In this document: positions 46,134-63,110 of the stretch, piece after piece
How positions within the stretch are numbered: position 1 is the stretch's first letter
How the letters are laid out: each line of letters starts with the position of its first letter
NCBI RefSeq assembly: GCF_964204645.1
Contig: NC_134026.1
Location: forward strand, 31,034,150-31,098,149
Source: Tubulanus polymorphus
Taxonomy: Eukaryota; Animalia; Nemertea
Direction: 5' to 3'
Length of the DNA stretch: 64,000 bases
Position numbers and translations under genes: made by a program
The notes under the pieces: model-generated
What the model saw: only the letters and a program-made list of their open reading frames with translations
What the model was told of the DNA's origin: nothing
Databases searched by the model: none

Positions 46134-49100
46134 ATGTCTCGTCAAGGCTCAAGTGGAAGTGGAAACCGAGGTGGAGGGGATGATTCGATCTACCGAATTC
46201 CACCGTATTTTTATCTGCATGTTCTCGATCAGAATTCGAATGTCACCAGGGTTGAAGTCGGACCGAAGACATTTATTAGACAAGATAATGAAAGGTATGT
46301 CTATCGGTTATTACATCAGGTGATTTAAGCAGGCTTACTGATAGTCAGTTACCTGACTGTGTTTTAGTTTCACGTTCGGATATTTTCACAAACCACATAA
46401 CCACACATGTAGTCTGAATACCAGTCGTTGTTACGGTTGTTTCAGGAACAATGGCTAGGTACTAGACTACCACACATAAGTATAAGCCCATCCGATTATA
46501 AAAAGCTTACCAACGATTAGGTAACTAACTATAGCTTACTGATTAAGCTAGGGTACTTGCATAAAAACCGATAAACCTTTTTCTAAAATTGAGCTGGTAA
46601 AATTTGTCCGAATCAAGAGTTAAAAAACCAGAAAAAATGTTAGAAAGTCAGAAAATGATTTCATTTTAGTCCTATATAAGTTAGAACCCCAGGGCCCGGT
46701 TCCATAGTCATGGCTTAGACTTAAGACCAGTCTAAGACCAAATTAGTTCTATAGCCAATCTAACAACTTAAGACCAGTCTTAAGATTTAAGACCACTGTT
46801 GGAAGTCACGACCATGCAGCAGGCCCCCCTGAGTTCAGCATTGTAGAGATTTACTCTATTTTCGATATCTTGTTTTATGGGTTAATTTTCAATGTACGTC
46901 TATAACATGCATTTCATATCAGCTGAAACCTGCTGTTGCTTAGTCATATCTATTTCTATTGCCTTTTTATCATTTTGTACCGGAAAAAGTAGTTGCGGGG
47001 TCATCTCAGATTCATTAAGTTCCTATCCCTTATCATATCTAATGAATTCATTCAATGAAATGCCCCCTGACCTCGCTGAGATATGATTAATAAGTTTTGC
47101 TCGTATATTTTAGAGTTGTTTATGGCCCGGAGCGTATGATAACAATTCCACCGAGACATTATTGCATTATTGAAAATCCTGTGCACAAAAATGACAAAGG
47201 CGAAGTCCAGTTTCATGTGAGCGGACAGGTAAAATTGTTACACGCCGACCAAGATATCCGACTAGCGCAGGACCCGTTCCCTTTATACCCTGGTGAGACT
47301 GTGAAGGGCGCCGTCACTCCGTTAAAGGTTGTCGTAGCGAATTCCGCTCTTCGACTTCGAGCCTTACTGGATTTCAAAGACGATCGCGGAAATGAAAAAG
47401 TAGCAGGCGACGAATGGCTTTTTGAAGGACCAGGTACGAATATATAAACTCATAATAGAGTATACACTCAGCTTAAGTCTGATCCAACTCAGATATCACT
47501 CTCAAGTCAAAAGATCCGACTTGAGCGGAGTCTACTGTATCATCCAACTCAGATATCACTCTCAAGTCAAAAGATCCGACTTGAGCGGAGTCTACTGTAT
47601 CATCCAACTCAGATATCACTCTCAAGTCAAAAGATCCGACTTGAGCGGAGTCTACTGTATCATCCAACTCAGATATCACTCTCAAGTCAAAAGATCAGAC
47701 TTGAGCGGAGTCTACTGTATCATCCAACTCAGATATCACTCTCAAGTCAAAAGATCCGACTTGAGCGGAGTCTACTGTATCATCCAACTCAGATATCACT
47801 CTCAAGTCAAAAGATCAGACTTGAGCGGAGTCTACTGTATCATCCAACTCAGATATCACTCTCAAGTCAAAAGATCAGACTCTTCAGCGGAGTCTACTGT
47901 ATCATCCAACTCAGATATCACTCTCAAGTCAAAAGATCTGACTTGAGCGGAGTCTACTGTACCATCCAACTCAGATATCACTCTCAAGTCAAAAGATCAG
48001 ACTTGAGCGGAGTCTACTGTATCATCCAACTCAGATATCACTCTCAAGTCAAAAGATCCGACTTGAGCGGAGTCTACTGTATCATCCAACTCAGATATCA
48101 CTCTCAAGTCAAAAGATCCGACTTGAGCGGAGTCTACTGTATCATCCAATTCAGATATCACTCTCTAGTCAAAAGATCAGACTTGAGCGGAGTCTATTGT
48201 ACCATCCAACTCAGATATCACTCTCAAGTCAAAAGATCAGACTTGAGTCTACTGTACCATCCAATTCAGATATCACTCTTTAGTCAAAAGATCAGACTTG
48301 AGCGGAGTCTACTGTACCATCCAACTCAGATATCACTCTCAAGTCAAAAGATCAGACTTGAGCGGAGTCTACTGTACCATCCAACTCAGATATCACTCCC
48401 AAGTCAAAATATCTGACTTGAGCGGAGTCTACTGTATCATCCAACTCAGATATCACTCTCAAATCAAAAGATCAGACTATAGCAGAGTCTACTCCGCATG
48501 TACATTTCTGTACTTCACTGTACATTTAGTTCACTGTATACATGTAGTTCACTGTACATGTAGTTCACTTGTACTTGTAGTTCACTGTAAATGTCGTTGT
48601 TGATTTGTAGGAACTTACATTCCACGTAAAGAAGTCGTAGTCGAGGAAACAATCCGTGCTACGATCGTAAAACCGAATCAAGCGATCAGATTACGAGCTC
48701 GAAAAGAAACAACAGATCGAGATGGAAATGCTAGGGTTACCGGTGAGGAATGGCTGTCGAAGAAATGTGGTGCTTACCTCCCAGGAGCTTACGAAGAAGT
48801 CATTGATGTTGTAAACGCTTACGTGTTGACAGAAAAGGTTTGTTTTGTTTATTCTTTTACAAATGGCCCCATTCATGACAAAATTTTGCTCATTTTCAAC
48901 AATTGCAATTTAAGGAATTATTTCGGTATGTTCCCAATGTCTGACCCTCTCTCCATGGATGTGAATGCTCTTTATGAAGTCAATAAAGTCCTTCACACTT
49001 AAAAAACAGCCCAAATTACAATAAGCTAAACTCAAATCTATTCGAATAAGTGATCATTGTTTTCAAGGGGTAATAAATCCAATTTGATTGATATTCTATT

Positions 49101-52100
49101 AAGGATTTCTAGGATTTGACTTGAAATAATTGAAGAGCTTTGTTATATCAGTGGATTAGTGTTTGAGTTGATAATTTGACTCGCGATAATTGAAGAGCGT
49201 TTAATATTTCACTGTTTATAGAAAGCGCTTCACATGACAGCGACGAGAACGTTTACAGATGATTACAAAGTAGAACGTAAAAATGGTGAAGAATGGTTGA
49301 TCACAATGAAAGACACCGAGACGCATATTCCTCACGTCTATGAAGAAGTCGTCGGAGTCGTAAAGATCACGACTTTAACCAATCGTCAGTACTGCATTAT
49401 CTTAGATCCAGTCGACGCAGATGGCAAACCTCAACTCGGTCGTAAGAAACTGATCAAAGGAGAAAAATCATTCTTTCTGATGCCGGGAGAACACTTAGAA
49501 AGAGGAATACAGAACGTGCATGTTTTAGGAGAAGATGAAGGCCTCATTCTTCGGGCTACGGAAGATTTCTTCGATGACGATAAAGTAAGTTTTTTGTGGA
49601 AAAAAAGGATGAAACTTTACATTTCATTTCGTGAAACTGATGAATGAATATCGGTTGTTTTCAGAAAATTCAGCGTCAACCCGGAGACAAATGGATGATC
49701 CGTGGACCTAAAGAATATGTGCCACCAGTAGAAGTAGAAGTTGTAACGAAGAGACAAGCGATTCCTCTCGATGAGAATGAGGGAATTTATGTTAGAGATG
49801 TTAAATCTGGAAAGGTAAGAGAAAAATGATTGTGGAAAATAATTCATGAAAAATGTAGTAAAAATTCAAAAGTTTATTGAGACCACAATGTTTCAGCTGT
49901 TGTCATCATCATACATCCTCCCTCGGCAAATATTCTAATCTCATAACCTGGGGCTGATCAGGCCCATCCTCCCTAACGAACCTGATATCATTCCTGGACT
50001 CTGCCACCGGGGCAGTTTCGATGCCATCAGGTTAACAGTTGCTACTGTTAGAAACAGCCAAAACTAGTTCCAATAAACTCTTGAATTCCAATTCTTCAAA
50101 TTATGGGATTTTGCTCTGATTAGAATGATTTAAATATACGGTAGGTTCGCGCTATCACTGGTGAAACATACATGCTGAACCAAGACGAGGAATTATGGTC
50201 GAAAGAACTTCCACCGGCAGTTGAGACTTTACTCGCCCAGAATAAAGACCCCCTCGCTGACCGCAGTGACCGCTCATCTACCGGACACGGCGCGCCGCGA
50301 GATAAAACTAAAGTCGTTTCTTTCCGTGTGCCGCACAATGCAGCGGTTCAAATCTATGATTATAAAGAAAAGAAAGCGAGGTAAATCCTTCATTGATTGG
50401 TCGATTCAATGTTCAGGTGGCCATCTTGGATTTTAAGTGGACATCTTGGATTTTGATTTGAGTGGCCATCTTAGATTTTGCATAAAAGAAGCTCCGAATA
50501 GGAAAATTGATTAAGGGTAAAAATGTAGCCAAGGTCGCGCGTGATCAAACATTGCTGCTTAACTGTCAATGATCTTTTGTCGAGATGTTGTTAAACTGTT
50601 GTTTTGGTTGTAGAGTTGTGTTTGGACCTGAGTTAGTGATGCTGAGACCCGATGAACAGTTTACACAGCTCAGTCTCTCCGGCGGAAAACCGAAGAAACC
50701 GAACGTCATCAAATCTTTGTGTTTGTTAATGGGTCCTGATTTCTGTACCGATATCGTGATTGTTGAAACTGCTGATCACGCTAGACTCAGTCTTCAGCTC
50801 TCTTATAACTGGTTAGTATCAACGGTCTCTCTCAATCCTGGTTTATCTTCAGTCGATTTAGTTGATCCTATTTTGTAAATCTCAGTCCTCCGATGTTGAA
50901 GAATATAATGGCTGGTTTTATAAACTAGGAACCTCAGTTTTTCAGTCAAGTTTCATTAAAATTAATTTCTTCATTGATTAAAAATGTCTTCGATCGATTT
51001 ATGTGTAATGTATGATAAATAAGTTTTCAATTTTCAGGCATTTTGAAGTGACGGACAAAACGAATGATTCAGAATCTGCGAAACTGTTCAGTGTGCCAGA
51101 TTTTGTTGGAGATGCATGTAAGGCTATAGCCTCAAGAGTACGTGGAGCTGTTGCAAGTGTGCAGTTTGATGATTTCCATAAGGTAAATTTACTTGTCTAA
51201 ATATGGAAAATCTTCTATGCCGGTAAATCCACAGTTCTGTGGTTTAGATTTGAATAGAGTTAAAACTCTTCAAAAGAGTGATGGAACTGTGATTGAACTG
51301 AGTCCTGGTCCGCAGTTCTGAGTTGAGATTCGACTCTTAGATTTGAAACATCAAAAATAAACTCGGCTAATCAAACTTAGCCAACAACTGTGGAACTGAG
51401 CAGAATTTTTCTGGTTTAAGATTTGATCTTTCAGTTATAACATTGAAAATGAACTAATTAATCTCTATAATGTCAAAGTTAACTGACAGTCGCTGTAGAA
51501 CTGTATCCTGTAACTGTTTTTAATTTGAATTTTAAATATTCTGATTGTTGTAAATTCCAGAATTCGGCACGGATAATCCGCGCGAGTGTTTTCGGTTTCG
51601 ACGATCAAACAACTAAAGTACGAGAGAGATTCACATTCGCTCAGAATAATCTGGTGATCACGAGTATCGATATTCAATCAGTTGAACCGGTCGATCAGCG
51701 TACGAGAGACGCTTTAATGAAATCTGTTCAACTCGCTATTGAGATTACTACTAATTCACAAGAAGCAACCGCCAAGTAAGTACCAGTATTGTAAACTGGG
51801 GCAGTCAGTAATCAGTGTTTGAACTTCTTGTCATAATAATTTTTTGTTCAGTGTTGTTTTTCCCGCAACACGTTTAAGAGTGGTACCCACCCCTTTCATT
51901 TTCACATCCATCTCTCTGAGAATCATTCACGGCTTATCAAATATCTTCTGCCCCTACCAGAGTGGATATTCTCTCAATGCTGATAATTGCTTTGAAATAT
52001 ATTGAGCTAATGTGAAAAATAGAAGATTACACCAAATTTGCGCTTAGACTTTTTGTGTTTTTGGGGGATCGAAAGCCTTGCTACAACAGCAGCCATGATG

Positions 52101-53035
52101 CTATACACTTAACAATGAATGCAGCCCTTTTAAAATTCCAAATTGAGAAAACTGATGACATTCTGTTATTGATTTACAGACATGAAGCCGAGAGATTAGA
52201 ACAGGAAGCTCGAGGTCGACTTGAAAGACAGAAGATCGCGGATGAAGCAGAAGCCGAACGTTCGCGTAAAGAGTTGTTAGAACTTCAGGCGAACAGCGCA
52301 GCAGTCGAGAGTACAGGTCAAGCTAAAGCCGAGGCTCAGTCTCGCGCTGAGGCCGCCAGAATTGAAGGCGAGGCCGCCGTTGAACAAGCGAAACTGAAAG
52401 CGCAGGCGATGAAAATCGAGGCCGAATCCGAGCTGGAACGTTTGACACAAGCTAGAGAAGCTGAAATGAAATTTGTCAAGGAACAAAATGATCTGGAACT
52501 GGCGAAATCAGCTGAAATGGCGGCGATCACCACCAAGAAATTCAAGGATCAAGTTGATGCTATTGGTGCCGATACAATACGTGCTATTGCCACTGCTGGA
52601 CCCGAGTTGCAGGTTAGTAATCTCTCAATAAATACCGCTATCAATCTGCTGTCTGTAACTACTGACCGAGGGGTCGCAGGTCCCAGTTTCCTTTCATTCA
52701 ATTTATTTATTCAAATTGATTTGAGAGTTGAACGACCCAGAGTCCAAGCAGCAGATTGTGTGAGGGGCAGGTCGTGACTGCAGATTGACAGCTTCAAATG
52801 ACTAATGGATATAGAACAATGATGTATCTGATAATAAAAATAATCTTTTTTTTTTCAGGTGAAACTGCTTCAAGGTTTAGGATTGAAAACGACGTTGATC
52901 ACAGACGGAACAAGTCCGGTCAATCTGTTTAACACGGCTCATGGTTTACTGGGAGGTGGCGCTGTTGTCTCGAGGAAATCAAAACGTAGTAAGGATGATG
53001 ATGATGATGACGATGATGACATCAGTTTATCGTAG
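46134..53035 (+). CDS. MVP: Major vault protein, ~874 aa
   Basis: Exons: 46134-46294, 47114-47433, 48611-48837, 49222-49584, 49665-49814, 50145-50380, 50614-50811, 51038-51182, 51561-51775, 52180-52612, 52859-53035, all in phase. Vault repeats ([36 protein letters not shown]), shoulder region ([21 protein letters not shown]), cap helix ([19 protein letters not shown]) and [14 protein letters not shown]. Confidence 0.97.
47475..48495. repeat. 60-bp minisatellite in an MVP intron, each unit with a hairpin
   Basis: About 17 units of tccaactcagatatcactctcaagtcaaaagatccgacttgagcggagtctactgtatca. Internal inverted pair ctcaagtc/gacttgag. Related dispersed monomer at ~2265-2490. Confidence 0.95.
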
Positions 53036-54070
53036 GAATCATCCTCAACATTCACTGAAAACTTTTAGACCCGGTTCCACAGTTCTTGGTTAATATCAAA
53101 CTCTAAAAGACTGGGGCCGGTTCCATAGAAACTTAAGTCCGATAGAGGTTTCAAATCTTAAGACTGGTCTTAACTAGTTAGTGGCTATAGAACTAAGATG
53201 AGATTAGGTTGGTCTTAAGTCTAAGCCATCACTTTGGAACCCGCACAAGAGCTTGTTCCATAGCCGAGACTTAAGTCCAATAGTCATCTTAAATCTCTAA
53301 GTCTGGTCTTAAGATGTTAGATTAACTTTAGAACTAAGATGGTCTTAGATTGGTCTTCAATCTAAGCCATCACTATGGAACCGGCCCGTCTGGACACAAA
53401 CTCATTTGATCCGTCCAAGTCTTATCTAACTGACCACCACACTGTGGAACTGGATCTGTCCATTATGTAGCTAGAAAGTGAAATAAAAAGACATAAATTC
53501 TAATTCTGTGTAAGAATTTTATAGTTTAATTTTGCCGTGTAAATTACAATTGATCACCCCAGTACATAACTGTGATTATTAATATTCTATTCATTCAGAA
53601 CCACTATAGCTGCTACAATGCCCTAATGTGATAACCTATAATACGTACTATTATATTATTTTGTTGCATAAATTTAACTCTATATACAATTGAATAAAGG
53701 AACTAATGCACACAAATACAGATTTCTTCTGAGTACATTTACTTATTGGTTTGAGGATACAGTATCACAGTATGAGAGACTAGTTTGATCTCACAGGACT
53801 CAGTCCTCATCACATGAATTAGGAATACAGCGGAACCTCTTTACAAACAAACTTCAGAGCACCAGACAATATGTACGTTTTATATCTAGCATGAAATTAT
53901 TGAAATATATTTTGGATGAAACTAGGTTTTAAATAACTGATAAATTATTTGTATGTCGTAACAAAGTCCCACAGTATTTCAAATGTTTTATCAGGCAGGA
54001 CACATAACAGTCTGAGACAAGGAGAGTCTGAGGCACGCAATAATCCCAGGAAAATGCAGTTAAACTGTTA

Positions 54071-56812
54071 TCAAGTTTTTGTAAATCCATCGCCAAATCC
54101 TGAGGTAGTTTGTAAATCCGGTATTCTATCACACATAGGACAGAGTTGATTTCGTATTTCCGACGATCGCATCCAGATAATCAGATTACATCGTTCACCG
54201 TCTGTTATAGGTAGAGCACCGTGCATGTGCTGCCCCCTGTGCAATAAACCGTAACCCAAACTATGTTTACATTCGTTGCAATCACTCGCGTACGTCGGTT
54301 CACTTCTCATATTCCCGAAATATAAACAACCATCGTCGAAATCATCGTTTAACGAAACGTTTAAAGTGATTTCCGCGTTATCGAAATGGAAATTTAATTC
54401 CGTATCTTCGCCGTGTTTGTATTTAACGGTGAAAGCTCGGTGCGAATCTACGCTAGCTCCACCTATATCTGCATATAGTAGCGTAGTTATCGGCTGGAGA
54501 TATTCTACGCGTAAAATGTCTATAAAATCCTTGAATCCGATTTCATCAAGAAGAACCTAAAAAAGAGGCGAATATTGAACCTAAAAGAGGCAAATATTCA
54601 ACCTAAAAGAGGCGAATATTGAACCTAAAAGAGGCAAATATTCAACCTAAAAGAGGTGAATATTCAACCTAAAAGAGGCAAATATTCAACCAATTGAACC
54701 TAGAATAGAATACAACAAAACAAGTTAAACTCTGCCTAACTCGGTAGTGTTGGCACTGCTGCAGATATTTCACCGAGTTGACAATCAGGGAACTCGGTAG
54801 TGTGTTGGCACTGCTGTAGATATTTCACCGAGTTGACAATCAGGGAACTCGGTAGCGTTGGGACTGCTGTAAATATTTCACCGAGTTGACAATCAGGGAA
54901 CTCGGTAGTGTGTTGGCACTGCTGTAGATATTTCACCGAGTTGACAATCAGGGAACTCGGTAGTGTGTTGGCACTGCTGTAGATATTTCACCGAGTTGAC
55001 AATCAGGGAACTCGGTAGCGTATTGGGACTGCTGTAGATATTTCACTGAGTTGACAATCAGGGAACTCGGTAGTGTTGGGACTGCTGTAGATATTTCACC
55101 GAGTTGACAATCAGGGAACTCGGTAGCGTGTTGGGACTGCTGTAGATATTTCACCGAGTTGACAATCAGGGAACTCGGTAGTGTGTTGGCACTGCTGTAG
55201 ATATTTCACCGAGTTGACAATCAGGGAACTCGGTAGCGTCGGGACTGCTGTAGATATTTCACTGAGTTGACAATCAGGGAACTCAATGGTGTTGAGACTG
55301 CTGTAGATATTTCACTGAGTTGACAATCAGGGAACTCGGTAGTGTGTTGGCACTGCTGTAGATATTTCACTGAGTTGAGAATCAGGGAACTCAATGGTGT
55401 TGAGACTGCTGTAGATATTTCACTGAGTTGACAATCAGGGAACTCGGTAGCGTGTTGAGACTGCTGTAAATATTTCACTGAGTTGACAATCAGGGAACTC
55501 AGTAGTGTTGAGACTGCTGTAAATATTTTACCAAAGCAGGGAAATATATTTTCCAAATAAATTGTCGTTAACTGTGTTAGGAGCAGTCTAATGTTAATGC
55601 CTTAACATACGTATTCAGGTACTTACTCCATATCTATTCATAGTATTCGGTCGTCCTTTAGGAAAATCACTTTTCTCAAAATGACTCAATTCTTCTATGA
55701 GTTGTTTACAGAATTCACGTGTAAAAACAGGTAATGAGAAAACACGTGGAGCTGACGTCTGTTCAACACGAGACAAGATTCCACTCTTAGTCGCTGATTC
55801 AGATTTACAATAATCAACAAGATCCACGAATTCCCGACGGAAAAAACTCTCCTGAAAATAAACAGAATGTTTAGCTAAGACAAGGTCGAGAAAAACAAGG
55901 TTGGATTGAGTGTATACGTGATTTGTAGCTATGTTTTGGCCAGAAACTACAAGCCACCAAAACCTAATTAAGGGGTTAAGATGAAACATACCCCAGTCTG
56001 TATTCATACTAGTGTAGAACCAAGCCGTCGTTCCACAAACAACGGAACCCGTAACAACGACTGGTATTCACACTATATTTATACCCATTGTTAGTTACTT
56101 ATCGTTGGTGGTAAGCTTTTTATAATCGGATGGGCTTGATTTTGGAAAATATCCGATCGTGAAACTAAACCCCAGACAGGTTACTGACTGACCTATTGTG
56201 TGTTTGTAGTATACCTGTATATTGTATAGATGAGGATGAAGTGGTTTATATTGAGCTTTGATCAACTTTCGTCTTTCAACTGATTGAAAACCGAGTGACT
56301 TCCTTCGTTTTACTTCATCGTGAATCTCTGTAAGGACCGATTCAATTTCTTCATCTTTTAAACTTCTTTCTTTAGACATCTGAATCAACAACAAACACAT
56401 GAATCACAGATAGACACCCGTTGGAAACGTTGAAGTGATTAGAGAGAGACTTGTCAACTGATCATGGGTCCAATTAGTTACCGACCTAATCGTTGGTGGT
56501 AAGCTTTTTATTTTCGGATGGGCTTATACCAACTATTTATGAAAATATCCGATCGTGAAACTAAACCACAAACAGGTTCCTGAATAGGGTCCAATAATAA
56601 AGTAATTTTGATTGGTTTTAATTATCCATTAGATGTGACAAAAGACCTGTAGAAAAGATGTCAGTTTAAAAATACCGAACCTGATTAGAGAATTCTTCAT
56701 CATTCAAATATTGAACATGTCTCTTCAGATAATGCACGAATATATTGTTTGAATAGAAACATTTACAGATAAATTCATCTCCCGTTGCGTTACTTCGTCC
56801 ATCATCTTCCAT
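54071..56812 (-). CDS. OGFOD2: 2-oxoglutarate and iron-dependent oxygenase domain-containing protein 2, ~335 aa
   Basis: Exons: 56812-56681, 56379-56215, 55851-55627, 54556-54071. Motifs: FICKCFYSNNIFV, PVFTREFCKQLIEELSHFEKSDFPKGRPNTMNRYG, iron-binding HFD...HMHGALP, RNQLCPMC, GFGDGFT. Confidence 0.93.
54738..55530. repeat. ~53-55-bp minisatellite in OGFOD2 intron 3
   Basis: About 15 units of aactcggtagtgtgttggcactgctgtagatatttcaccgagttgacaatcaggg, with the internal inverted pair aactcggt/accgagtt. Confidence 0.95.
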
Positions 56813-57119
56813 TTTCTCTTTCTCTATCGTTTATTTTTTCTTACTCGGCAATACTGAATATTCTCGGAGGTACCCTTTAGTGAATCGACACGGCGCCGCG
56901 CGCGAGCGGCTGTGCTTTAAAGATACAAGATACAAGATGCGATACGTTATTGAGTCTCTCATCAACAAATACAATAAAACAGGACTATAAACAAATATCA
57001 AAATCATTGCTCGCAGGCGGCCGGGTCGGGCGGGCCAATGAGTAGTCTAAATATTAGTACCTAGCCGTTGTTCCTCAAACAACACGATTAATTCAGCTCC
57101 TTTTATCAGAAAGCTCAAG

Positions 57120-60284
<3,165 letters not shown>

Positions 60285-63034
60285 TCTGTGCGTGTACTGT
60301 ATATGAAAAGTGTGCCTCTCGTGTTGTGGCCTAGTTGAAAGTTTTCCAGGAAAGTGTATCTGATTCAACTGCCAGGGTTTGTAAATGATTCACGGACCGG
60401 CCGTGAAAAGCAGTGAATTTAATAGTAGGCCAGTGAAACGGGGGTGTTATTAAAAACTATGCACTACTAAAACGAAAACCTATGCACTTAGAGGTGTAAG
60501 AACTATGCATGACTAAAACGAAGTCCGATGAGCTATTGCACTCATTAGAAATCATCACTAGGGTTCCTATCTGTGTATTCAACCATCTCTGCTAATTAGT
60601 GTAGGCAATTATACAAACAAATGCATGTGAAACGTAAATTGGTCGGTTTTCTCCGGTGCATATAGTCTTTTTATTTAGTAGTGCTTCGTTTTAGTAACAC
60701 TTGTTGCTTAACTCAACGAATGACAAATTTCAAAATCATATTTATTCTCATACAACAATTATACAAAATGCCAGGTTTGTGCTCGAGGAATTATAACGTA
60801 AGCTCCTCAAACACGTGGACTTTCAAAAACAATTAGTCCAACCACCATAGGCGTATAAACTATAAATGAGTGTTTATACGCCCCTTGGTCCAAACATAGA
60901 CTCTAAAACAAAAAAGTCTATGGCCCAACCATGGACTCAATTGTCCATGGCCCCCGCACTAAAACCAGAGATAAACCTGGCCAAATACTCTGGAAAGCGT
61001 AGGATTAAGTAATCAATCTGATTTACATTCTTAACATCATTTTATTTTCACATGTCAAATTATTTACTTTTAGCTCATTTTCTCAAATTTTAATAGTAAT
61101 TTTATTTGTATTACCATGTATGAAATTGTACTAACTTAAAAACCACAAAAGTTAAATGTAAGGTATTTATAAGTGTTTATATATGATACATTTCCACTAC
61201 AGCTGATTTATACAATTTGCATCAATAAGAAAATAACAAAAGTACACAAAGAATTGTAATTTTTGATCCATAAAACACCAAAAAAAGGACTAGTCTGGAA
61301 GTCTAAGATTATGAATTTAACAATTCATGAGGTCAATACAACCGACACTTTGTTATATTTCATGAAATATGAATCTATCATCGTCAACTTTTCAAATGAC
61401 ATCGAGATTGAGGACATCTCAGTTGTCAAGAAAAAGCTCAACTTTATTCGATAGGACCTTAATAAATCAGTGTTTTATGAACAATTGACATGAACGTGTC
61501 ATTTGATCCCCACAACAACAATCATACCTAAATGACAGGTATTCATATACTTGGGGAAGTGCCTCAGTCATTTACAAAAACATGACCTGTATTTCAAAAA
61601 AGTCTCCAACATAAAATATAAAAACCAGAGATAAAAACACAAATTCAAACTGGAAAGCTTATGATTAACTAAACAGTCTTTGATTTAATTTTCATCAACA
61701 TTATTTTAATTACGATAATTAATATAATTTAAGATAACTAAGAGTTTTGCCACCTTTGCCTTGTCTTTAAGAGTCCATATATTGCTGGCACAATCTGCTA
61801 ATTAACACTGTTCATATATCCTCATTTATCAACAGACTGCTCCTCTATTTTGCTACTCTATTTTCCATAAGGCCCTTAATGAAAATAGTATTTTATGAAC
61901 CATTGATGAGCACCACAGTAAAAAAATTACAATAAACGTAACTAAACAATTGAACAGTTTTAACATGAATGACGAACATGTCTGTCATTTATTCTTGCAC
62001 AACAATTTTACCCTGGTGGCTTAAAACAGTTCAAAATAAAAACATTAAAACCTACAAATTCACTCACTCTGGAAAGCGTATGGTTAACTAATTAATCTTA
62101 ATTATTATTAGAAAACTAAAATCATTGCCAAATTTTCCTCGTCTTTAAGAGATTTCTTCAAACATTATCAACTACTTTTTTCACAAATTTTACATTTGAA
62201 ACAAAGCAGGGTCTGATTTAAGCAGAGATGAGAAACTCAGATTCCCTCTGGAACTCTTAGTATCAATTAATCATTACTTTCACTAGAAAACTAGAATTTT
62301 GCTAATTTTGCCTTGTCTTAAAGATTTCCAAACACCTCGACATTACATACTAAGTATTTTGACGTTTTTCCTGGCAGCTTCAACATAATTATACAATCGG
62401 TAACTAATCAATAACATCAATAACTTTCTAAAAAGTAAAATGTATGTACCAGATTTTAGATAGTAAGTCTACCCCAGTATAACAATAAACAGTCGCAGCA
62501 GTGATTGAGCGCGGCTAGTTGAAAGGACGGGTCGATCTTTCATCACAGTTATTCAAAGCATTCTATCATATCGGTTATTTTTTTAAAATGTTTTCTATTT
62601 AGTTAAGGTTTATGGTTATTTGTTTTGTTCATTACAATAACTGAGTTGATAGAATGCTTTGAATAACAACAGAAAAGATCTCGGGTTTTCGCTATACTTA
62701 GGGAAGGTTGTTCGATAAATGAAGAACCTTGTTGATAAATATTTGAAAAAATGCCTTTTCATGTAAATAGAATATTAATTTGTTGTTTGTTTGTATTGTT
62801 GTTTATTCTACTTATCATTTATTGGTTTTTTTTTATTTTTTAGAATTAATTTATGTACTTGTAGTTTGTAGTTATGTATTATTTATACTCCTCTATTTAC
62901 AACTGCAGGCATTTTTTCACTGTAAAGTTCTGGGCCCATTTTAAGAAAGCGCTACTGATTCACTGCCACTCCTTAATAATCATTATACACCCGATTTGAA
63001 GCTAAGTGATTATTCACGAGAGCCATCTCGTGAT

Positions 63035-63110
63035 ATGGATTTACCCATTACAATTAAAGAAGTTCAAACAGCTATAAACAATGTTAAAACGTTAAAAATT
63101 AGTCCTAGCT
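63035..63110 (+). mobile_element. Possible LINE ORF2 relic (segment preceding the RT domain)
   Basis: Translates as MDLPITIKEVQTAINNVKTLKISPS, resembling the PITxxEVxxAIxxLKxxKSPGxD motif of non-LTR retrotransposons. The frame closes soon after. Confidence 0.4.

Noticed and set aside
47422-48603. CRISPR-like array or repeat protein in the MVP intron
   Set aside because: Units are contiguous with no unique spacers, there are no cas genes, and the context is a eukaryotic intron; the ORFs are repeat translations.
54736-55556. Repeated KYLQQ ORFs
   Set aside because: Translations of the intronic ~54-bp minisatellite.
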